Source: an uncultured virus (IMG/VR IMGVR_UViG_2585427635_000006) (Duplodnaviria; Heunggongvirae; Uroviricota; Caudoviricetes). Taken from it: a stretch of DNA of 64,000 nt. The position numbers and the translations under genes are program-made. This document shows, in pieces, positions 9,991-16,276 of the stretch. The notes under the pieces are model-generated. The model was not told the origin of the DNA, did no database searches, and was given only the letters and a program-made list of their open reading frames with translations. Positions within the stretch are counted from its first letter, which is position 1; each line of letters opens with the position of its first letter. The DNA lies in the IMG/VR virus record IMGVR_UViG_2585427635_000006; one strand, written 5' to 3'.

Positions 9991-10458
9991 TCATGACTCA
10001 CCTGCCTTTGGTGTAGCAGTGGCGTCAGTACGCATCTGGCCACGGACAGCGCAAACTAAATACTTCACTGTTCGATATACCGCAGCGGTGTGATTGGTGC
10101 CGAATTTAACGACCCAAGCCGCCTCGCGCGGGTGATCGTCATCTGGTGTACAGGTCCATATCCAATAGGATGGTTCCTCCCAACGCAGATAGGCAGCTGC
10201 GCCATTAGCGGATAGCGCCTCTTCCTGCGTAGGCAAGCGCCAATTGTCATAACCCCAGATGGCTAATTGGCGACATTCCTCCGCCGCATCACAATCAGGG
10301 CCGTATGCATTCGAGCTTGGGCCCCCGACATACCCAGTTAGCCACTCAAGCCCTTTATGCTCATCACGCGTGATGGCGTGGTAGCCATCGGTGTCGTAGA
10401 TTTTGGTGAACCTAGCGCCCCCTGTGGTGGGGGCGTATCCGAAGGACGCGGTGCTCAT
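9991..10458 (-). CDS. DUF1566 (Lcl C-terminal-like) protein
   Basis: GLEW...C..L...GY.NWRLPTQEE...WTCT...AWVVKF...VCAVRG motif. Confidence 0.75.
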   Translation of the reverse strand: MSTASFGYAPTTGGARFTKIYDTDGYHAITRDEHKGLEWLTGYVGGPSSNAYGPDCDAAEECRQLAIWGYDNWRLPTQEEALSANGAAAYLRWEEPSYWIWTCTPDDDHPREAAWVVKFGTNHTAAVYRTVKYLVCAVRGQMRTDATATPKAGES

Positions 10459-10877
10459 GCGGCCACCTCATCGCTTCCAGTGGCTTTAGCGAGTGAAACT
10501 CTCCGCTTAGGCATAGCCTTTATTCCATCTATAGACGGCAACGCCCGAAAGGAATCATCGTAAGCGGCACAGACTTGCCCATATTGCGGATGGCTACTAT
10601 CAACAATGAAGTAATGGCAACTCCTGTCTTCGCTATCAAAGCGAACGACGAAGCAGCGGCACACCAAATCACTAAACAGTGGCAGCGGGCGATCAAGGCA
10701 GCTTACCTTGATCGCTGAGTTAGGATCGTGTGGTGATACCAAGGAGTAGATAGCGCGTTGCAACCCCGCGCCTTCCTCATCCCTGATGCCGTCCCAGTAG
10801 AACAGCGGCGCTTTTTGAGTCCCTGATAAGGCCTTGCTAGCCTGAGGCTGGGCTTGCTCGCTAACGTTTAATGTCAT
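10455..10877 (-). CDS. First gene of the early leftward operon, hypothetical
   Basis: AAGGAG RBS; shares PLF..GI.D..G..LQ with 49956-50489. Confidence 0.65.
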   Translation of the reverse strand: MTLNVSEQAQPQASKALSGTQKAPLFYWDGIRDEEGAGLQRAIYSLVSPHDPNSAIKVSCLDRPLPLFSDLVCRCFVVRFDSEDRSCHYFIVDSSHPQYGQVCAAYDDSFRALPSIDGIKAMPKRRVSLAKATGSDEVAA

Positions 10878-10936
10878 TTTGATATCTCCTTGCCCCTGTG
10901 CCGCTGGTTGCGGGTGTCATGGGGCGATGTGGAGTA

Positions 10937-10975
10937 GTAAACCATAATTTACTAGTGTAGTCAACAAAGATTTAC
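10937..10975. promoter_or_regulatory. OL operators and PL-like promoter of prophage 1
   Basis: GTAAACCATAATTTAC (10937) and GTCAACAAAGATTTAC (10960) match the OR sites; minus-strand TTGACT-17-TTTACT. Confidence 0.75.
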
Positions 10976-11080
10976 TAATTTTTCTAAATGGTCCTACATC
11001 TATTTATGGTTAGTTTTAGTTCACGTAAAATCATGAAGAAAGTAGGAATCGCTAATTATTTCTGGACTTTTCCAAGCATT

Positions 11081-11112
11081 AAAAAACCCCGCGCTAGCGG
11101 GGTTTGTGTTTT
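11081..11112. terminator. Intrinsic terminator ending the repressor operon
   Basis: AAACCCCGC-GCTA-GCGGGGTTT hairpin with A/T tracts; same at 50712-50742. Confidence 0.8.
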
Positions 11113-11128
11113 CAAAGGCAATTGATGA

Positions 11129-11536
11129 TTAAGGCTGCTTAGCCGCCTGCGGTGGTGGCTGCAATGCCTGAGCAGGAAGTTGGATGATGATGGGAGCGGA
11201 CTGAGCCGGTAACGCTTGATAGCTCCCCTTAATGCTGCTGACCACGAAGCCGCCAACACCAAGAATGCCTGCAAAAAGGGCTAATACCGTAGCGAGCATC
11301 CATGTCCGGTTTTCTTTTTGAGCCTTCTCGAAATCAGCACGCATCTCACCCGCCGACTTGTTTAAGTCAGCCAGTAGTTCACCTGCCGACTTGTTTAAGT
11401 CAGCCCGCAAGCTTTCAACATCGGCCTTGGTGGCAAGTGTGGGGATGATGGTTTCAAGTTGAACTATACGTGCTTCCATGCTGGCATCATGGGACAGATT
11501 GCCGTCGCCCGCAAGTGATGGACTTTCCCGCGTCAA
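11129..11536 (-). CDS. Coiled-coil protein with TM helix and Pro-rich tail (CCDC90/DUF1640-like)
   Basis: LATKADV, two 11-aa ADLNKSAGE repeats, TWMLATVLALF TM helix. Confidence 0.7.
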   Translation of the reverse strand: MTRESPSLAGDGNLSHDASMEARIVQLETIIPTLATKADVESLRADLNKSAGELLADLNKSAGEMRADFEKAQKENRTWMLATVLALFAGILGVGGFVVSSIKGSYQALPAQSAPIIIQLPAQALQPPPQAAKQP

Positions 11537-11742
11537 ATACGGAATTTTTTGCTTCCTTCTTTGGCTCCATGCTTCATACCCTTTTTAATGCGAGCTATCT
11601 CGCGTGAATTTCTTTCCTTAATTTCGACAACTTCAGAAGCAAGGCCAAGCACGGCCCTTCTCACCTTAAAAGACTCTGAGCGTTTTCCATAAGGAATTTC
11701 CAGACTCTTTCGTTTCATTTCAAGCACAACAGAGGAGTACAT
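11533..11742 (-). CDS. Small basic protein fused to an MNT N-terminal remnant
   Basis: First 11 aa match the start of the MNT gene at 52043; remainder matches 51196-51369. Confidence 0.55.
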   Translation of the reverse strand: MYSSVVLEMKRKSLEIPYGKRSESFKVRRAVLGLASEVVEIKERNSREIARIKKGMKHGAKEGSKKFRI

Positions 11743-11764
11743 GGTGATCTTTCCTCATCGCAAG

Positions 11765-12283
11765 TTATGCATTTCCCCACGTCAGCCACTGAGCCGTAAC
11801 ACGCTTGAACCAGGGCAGTTTGTGCGATGGATGGTCCTTTAGATGGGCGTAAGATCGCGTCACCTGGTTCTCACACAAAATAGCCAAGGCAACAAAGATA
11901 GGAGGCTCATCGCTTTCTATCTCCAGGCGCTGTGCAGTCCAGGCAGAAACTTGTTCTTGCGTTGCGTCTGGGTGCTTAACGATGTCGGACTCAAGTTGAG
12001 AGAAGCGGCGGCGTAGGTCGCTATGGATACGGGCCATCTGTGCCGTTCCAGCCACCAGGTTAATACTGGTGGTGATGGTGACAGTGACTGCTCCGGCAAC
12101 AGCCATCCACTCTGCTGTGTACTTGCCGAACGAAGCAATGACGGCGGAAGCGCCCAATAGACCGATAAAAGAACTCAGCGTGTTACAGCGGTCGAAGAAC
12201 GCCATACGGCAGGAATGATAGCGCTGTGACTTCTGGACTCCCCACAAGAGTTCCCATTGCTTGGTATGCAATTCGGTATCCAT
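11765..12283 (-). CDS. SLATT-like 2-TM protein downstream of cI
   Basis: Two TM helices flanked by helical regions; near-identical copy at 52066-52605. Confidence 0.7.
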   Translation of the reverse strand: MDTELHTKQWELLWGVQKSQRYHSCRMAFFDRCNTLSSFIGLLGASAVIASFGKYTAEWMAVAGAVTVTITTSINLVAGTAQMARIHSDLRRRFSQLESDIVKHPDATQEQVSAWTAQRLEIESDEPPIFVALAILCENQVTRSYAHLKDHPSHKLPWFKRVTAQWLTWGNA

Positions 12284-12337
12284 ACCATTAGCGTAACACT
12301 ATCGTGCTGAAGAGGGTCGCGGTGGAGGTGGCTGCAA

Positions 12338-13042
12338 TTACTCCACCCACCTAGCGATCCACCTGACCCTGCCAATAATCTTAATTGGGTAATCCGGATC
12401 GTCTTTCCAGCGGGGTAACCGCCAACCATGATCTCCGTCAGGATTATCGGCAGCAAAAAAGACCTGTTTACTACCGTTGTCCTTAATAAGGATGCATCGC
12501 TTAACGTTGTACTCATCAGCGGCGGCACCTTGGGTGACAATCACATAGATGTGCTTGTCATGGGGCGTAGTGTCTGATGTGTCAAACATAATGGCGTCCC
12601 CAGATTCAATGTTGGGGAGCATGGAATCGCCGGTACCATGCATGATGACAAGGTTCTTTGAGTTCAGATGATGCTTATTTAATGAATCCTTGCGGAATTT
12701 AAAGATTTGGGTATCCACATTCCCCGCAATCTCTGGCCCCGTAGTGCCTAGGCCCATGCATTGGTCGTATGCCACCACAGGGGCCCACGGGTCGTCATCC
12801 GCCAAATTTGGTTCTGATTGAGATTGCTTTGGGTTTTTCTTGGGAAGCTTTCCAGAGGTAATCCATTCCATCCTTACACCGAAATGTGTAGCCCATTTTT
12901 CAATAAATTCAGGATTCGGCTTTACATTGTGACCGTTCTCCAGCCTCCAGACGTACTGTTTGCTGGTTCCTGCGATAGCTGCGAAGGTCGGTTGATCCAT
13001 CGCTGCTTCAATTCTTAATTCTCTGAGTCTTCCACCAATCAT
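12338..13042 (-). CDS. CI-like repressor (HTH plus S24 peptidase)
   Basis: N-terminal HTH; GDSM serine and VKR lysine; IIGRV end; divergent from cro. Confidence 0.9.
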   Translation of the reverse strand: MIGGRLRELRIEAAMDQPTFAAIAGTSKQYVWRLENGHNVKPNPEFIEKWATHFGVRMEWITSGKLPKKNPKQSQSEPNLADDDPWAPVVAYDQCMGLGTTGPEIAGNVDTQIFKFRKDSLNKHHLNSKNLVIMHGTGDSMLPNIESGDAIMFDTSDTTPHDKHIYVIVTQGAAADEYNVKRCILIKDNGSKQVFFAADNPDGDHGWRLPRWKDDPDYPIKIIGRVRWIARWVE

Positions 13043-13106
13043 GTTAACTATGATTGACTTAAATTGGTAAATCATGGTTGATTAACCCATGTAAATTATG
13101 ATTTAC
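13043..13106. promoter_or_regulatory. Three OR operators (16-bp imperfect palindromes, 24-bp period)
   Basis: GTTAACTATGATTGAC 13043, GTAAATCATGGTTGAT 13067, GTAAATTATGATTTAC 13091. Confidence 0.8.
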
Positions 13107-13113
13107 TACATGC

Positions 13114-13329
13114 ATGGACATTACTAAGCGCGTAGCTAGGGAATTTTTGGGATTCACGATGGACCGCCAGTTGGCTGATTTTTTCGGTGTCAGTAAGGCT
13201 GCCGTAAGTAAATGGCCTGAAAACCAAGGGATGCCTGAAGTGCGGCAATGGCAGTTACGTGCGCTTCGCCCAGACGTATTCGGCGCTCCCCCCACAGGCC
13301 ACAGGCAGGAGGTGTCCGATGCGGCCTAA
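13114..13329 (+). CDS. Cro-like repressor
   Basis: QLADFFGVSKAAVSKW HTH, divergent from cI. Confidence 0.88.
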   Translation: MDITKRVAREFLGFTMDRQLADFFGVSKAAVSKWPENQGMPEVRQWQLRALRPDVFGAPPTGHRQEVSDAA

Positions 13330-13349
13330 ACCCGAGTTCCCAACTTCTT

Positions 13350-13631
13350 TTATTTCCCGATTACCAAAGGCAGTGCGTCTCTGGTGGTTTCGATTACACA
13401 AGCAACCGCACTGTGTGGAATGTGGAAAACGGTTGGCTGGGTTTGAATTTCTCCGGGCGGGGGTTGGCCTTCTAGAACTACTGAAAGGTAGTGGTTTTCC
13501 ATGTCCACGTGCGTGCAAATCCAAAACGCGCGGCTGCCAAAACGGCCATCTTGGGGGTGAAGTTTCCCAATGATCAATTGGCTCAAGGCTACATTTGTAT
13601 GCAGTACTACAACGAATACTTTTTCTTCCAT
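13350..13631 (-). CDS. Hypothetical antisense cargo protein (93 aa)
   Basis: GGAGA RBS, TAGAAT upstream; lies between 18-bp direct repeats at 13308 and 13722. Confidence 0.55.
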   Translation of the reverse strand: MEEKVFVVVLHTNVALSQLIIGKLHPQDGRFGSRAFWICTHVDMENHYLSVVLEGQPPPGEIQTQPTVFHIPHSAVACVIETTRDALPLVIGK

Positions 13632-13732
13632 GCCGATCTCCGGTAGTGATTTGGTTATGTGGAAACACCAATTCTACCGGCAGATCGGCTCCAACCCGAT
13701 TTCGATTGGAAATGCACTTATGGAGGTGTCCG

Positions 13733-13957
13733 ATGCGGCGTGATGGTTCGGAACGGACACGTGCTCGTGTACCCGTTTCTATAGATGCAATCCGCATCAA
13801 GGAATACGAGGCCAAAGCCGAACTGCTGCGGTTGAAAGCAGCAGCAACGGACGATCCCTTACTTAAAGAGCGTCTTTTGGCGCAGTCCAGCCTTGCATCT
13901 CTTGGTGCAAAGCAAATCGCAAATCTTTGTAACTCATTCAAACGGTGTGACGTTTGA
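13733..13957 (+). CDS. Hypothetical protein
   Basis: GGAGGT RBS; helical 74-aa ORF. Confidence 0.5.
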   Translation: MRRDGSERTRARVPVSIDAIRIKEYEAKAELLRLKAAATDDPLLKERLLAQSSLASLGAKQIANLCNSFKRCDV

Positions 13958-14010
13958 TGCGCTGTATTCGATCTTTTCAATGACATTGAATAACCCTTGG
14001 TAATGAATCT

Positions 14011-14199
14011 ATGTACGCCGATCCAACTCACATTCGTAGTCACCCGGTGAAGGTGCGTTTTAACGATGCCGAACGCGATTTGATCAATGCGTTGGCTCAA
14101 TACAACGGGATGCAACCGGCGGCGTTGGTTCGTGAACTGGCGTTATCGGTAGCAACTGCTGCGATAAAGAATGATAAGCGGCAAGCAGACGCGGCTTGA
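14011..14199 (+). CDS. Small ribbon-helix-helix-like regulator
   Basis: VKVRFNDAE...A...GMQPAALVRE; copy at 54127-54315. Confidence 0.7.
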   Translation: MYADPTHIRSHPVKVRFNDAERDLINALAQYNGMQPAALVRELALSVATAAIKNDKRQADAA

Positions 14200-14444
14200 A
14201 GTGCCTAACCAGGCCCTTTGGAGGCCCTGTGAAAATTGATCTAAGCCCTGCTGATCGAAAAATGTTTGAGCAATACACACAAATCTATGGACTGGCTTGC
14301 GTTGATGAAGCGGTAGAACACGCTGCAAAACAAGCACTAAAGGACGCTTATCTGCTACGGGCCAAGAATGGGCATTCGCCTCTTGAAGAAGGCGTGGTGA
14401 TTTATTTGAAGGGACTTAAAAAGCCCTTAAGGAATCAAGAATGA
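14196..14444 (+). CDS. Hypothetical phage protein (copy at 54312-54560)
   Basis: Conserved in both prophages. Confidence 0.6.
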   Translation: MKCLTRPFGGPVKIDLSPADRKMFEQYTQIYGLACVDEAVEHAAKQALKDAYLLRAKNGHSPLEEGVVIYLKGLKKPLRNQE

Positions 14445-14467
14445 AAGCAAGCAATGACACCGTGAGC

Positions 14468-14496
14468 TTGACCACTGTACGCCGCTGCGGTACCGT
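14468..14496 (+). promoter_or_regulatory. Sigma70-like promoter of c4-like cassette 1
   Basis: TTGACC-17-TACCGT, repeated at 15080-15108 and 54584-54612. Confidence 0.75.
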
Positions 14497-14584
14497 CGCC
14501 GGTAAGGAGCCTCGAAACTCCATTGCAGCCAGCGGTTACCGCATCCGTCAATCTCGCGGTTTTTTTGTGCCCGTTCGTTTTCAC

Positions 14585-14663
14585 GGCGGGAGGGTGACGG
14601 ATACAAGACCCCGCAAGGGGGAAGAAGTCCGCCTGTCTGGTTGCAGGTTTCGAGCCTCCCGCC
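14585..14663 (+). ncRNA. c4-like antisense RNA 1
   Basis: Stem GGCGGGAGG/CCTCCCGCC, GCAA-loop hairpin; single-stranded CTGGTTGCA and GTTTCGAG are complementary to upstream and downstream targets. Confidence 0.75.
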
Positions 14664-14728
14664 TTCTACGGGTGCGACGCCTCGAAACGTCTCCCCGTGG
14701 TCATCTTGATCAACCAGGAGACGTTCTC

Positions 14729-15340
14729 ATGACGCAGTCCATTATTCCGTTCGATTTTCATTCTCACGCTGTGCGCGTTGTGATGCGCGATGGCAATCCG
14801 TGGTTTGTTGCCAAGGATGTCATGGATGCTCTGGATTACGCAGAAACCAGCAATCCGGCTCGTGTCACTGAGCACATCCCCAGTGAATGGAAGGGTGTGA
14901 ATCCGATTCACACCCTTGGCGGCGAGCAAAAACTGTTGTGCTTAGCCGAACCTGGTTTGTATTTCTTTCTTGGCCGCAGTGATAAACCAAAGGCCCTGCC
15001 ATTCCAGAAGTGGTTAGCTGGCGAAGTCCTTCCCTCGATCCGCAAGACGGGGAGCTATGTAAGCAATGACACCGTGAGCTTGACCACTGCCCATCGCTGC
15101 GGTACCGTCCTCGGTAAGGAGCGTAACAACTCCGGAATCAGCGGTACCCGCATCCGAAACCCATGCGGTTTTTTTACGCCTGCACGTTTTTACGTCGGGA
15201 GGGCGGCAGCGATACAACACCCTGCAAAGGGGAAAGCTGCCCGCCGTCTGATTCCGGTTGTTAACCTCCCGACACCTACGGGTGCGGCGCGTAACAACGT
15301 CTCCCCGTGGTCATCCCATGAATCAGGAGACGTTTTATGA
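14729..15340 (+). CDS. Bro-N antirepressor-like protein (ORF open from 14441, through an ash-like region)
   Basis: FDFHSHAVR...PWFVAKDV...EPGLY...EVLPSIRKTG. Confidence 0.8.
   Translation: MTQSIIPFDFHSHAVRVVMRDGNPWFVAKDVMDALDYAETSNPARVTEHIPSEWKGVNPIHTLGGEQKLLCLAEPGLYFFLGRSDKPKALPFQKWLAGEVLPSIRKTGSYVSNDTVSLTTAHRCGTVLGKERNNSGISGTRIRNPCGFFTPARFYVGRAAAIQHPAKGKAARRLIPVVNLPTPTGAARNNVSPWSSHESGDVL
15194..15273 (+). ncRNA. c4-like antisense RNA 2
   Basis: Stem GTCGGGAGG/CCTCCCGAC; CTGATTCCGG and GTTGTTA pair with flanking targets. Confidence 0.75.
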
Positions 15341-16137
15341 CGCAGTTACCCTCTGCCGTGTGTTTTTCCGGCCAATCCCTTTCCATTATCGACCGTGACG
15401 GTACGCCGTACCTGAGCGCACGCGAGTTAGCCCGGGCTTTGGGCTACGCCGATGAACGATCCGTATTGCGCATCTATGCACGTCGTGCGGATGAGTTCAC
15501 CGAACAAATGACCTGCGTGGTCAAATTGACCCCTCAGGGTGAGCAGGCCCGTGATATCCGTATTTTCAGCCCCCGTGGCTGTCACTTGGTGGCGATGTTT
15601 GCCCGTACTTCAGTAGCCGCCGCGTTTCGCCGCTGGGTGCTGGATGTGTTGGAAGTCCTGCCCTCGATCCGCAAGACAGGCGAGTACACGGTTAATCCCG
15701 ATCTGGAATACGACCAGATGCGCAGCTACTCCAAAGACCGTAAGCAAATGGAGGAGTTAAACACCGCTCATAGCCGTTGGATTAGCGATGTCAGAAGGCT
15801 ACTTGAGTCCGCAGGAATAAAAGAGCCTGAATTTCCAAAAGGGTTGGAAGATAGTAAAGCCATTGCCACATCGGCACTCGTCGAACTACTGAGATGGCAT
15901 CGCTGGGTACTGGATTTCGGTCCTGACTTCAGGCTACGGCTGACACCCGTCACGCTGCATACCAATTTTCTTACTAGCGACGAAGTGGCGGATTGGGTCA
16001 GACACCCAACGTTTCCAAGCAAGCATCTACCAGATATCGCAAAAGCCGCGATTGAGCGCATGAGTAAAGCGTTCTCAGAAAAAGCCCTCGGCCCACACCT
16101 GGAGCGGGTTGCGCAGCGGGTCAGTGGGATTACCTAG
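15337..16137 (+). CDS. Bro-N-like antirepressor with a unique C-terminal domain
   Basis: LARALGY...RIFSPRGCHLVAMFART..A.AFRRWVLD, then EVLPSIRKTG. Confidence 0.8.
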   Translation: MTQLPSAVCFSGQSLSIIDRDGTPYLSARELARALGYADERSVLRIYARRADEFTEQMTCVVKLTPQGEQARDIRIFSPRGCHLVAMFARTSVAAAFRRWVLDVLEVLPSIRKTGEYTVNPDLEYDQMRSYSKDRKQMEELNTAHSRWISDVRRLLESAGIKEPEFPKGLEDSKAIATSALVELLRWHRWVLDFGPDFRLRLTPVTLHTNFLTSDEVADWVRHPTFPSKHLPDIAKAAIERMSKAFSEKALGPHLERVAQRVSGIT

Positions 16138-16276
16138 CACCGCTTCAGCTAACACCTGCGGCTGTCTGGCTGGCCGTACTCCTTAATTAGTTAGGAGTGA
16201 CTCTCGAACCTTTAAACCACCCCCGCAGTTAAAAAGGGCGGGCTGAGGGGTTGGCCTCAACTCGCCCAAAACAAAG

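Noticed and set aside
9991..10458. Diversity-generating retroelement acting on DUF1566 genes
   Set aside because: No reverse transcriptase and no adenine-specific TR/VR pair seen in the window
13255..14115. 286-aa minus-strand ORF
   Set aside because: Overlaps several better-supported genes, has no motifs and is not conserved at full length in prophage 2
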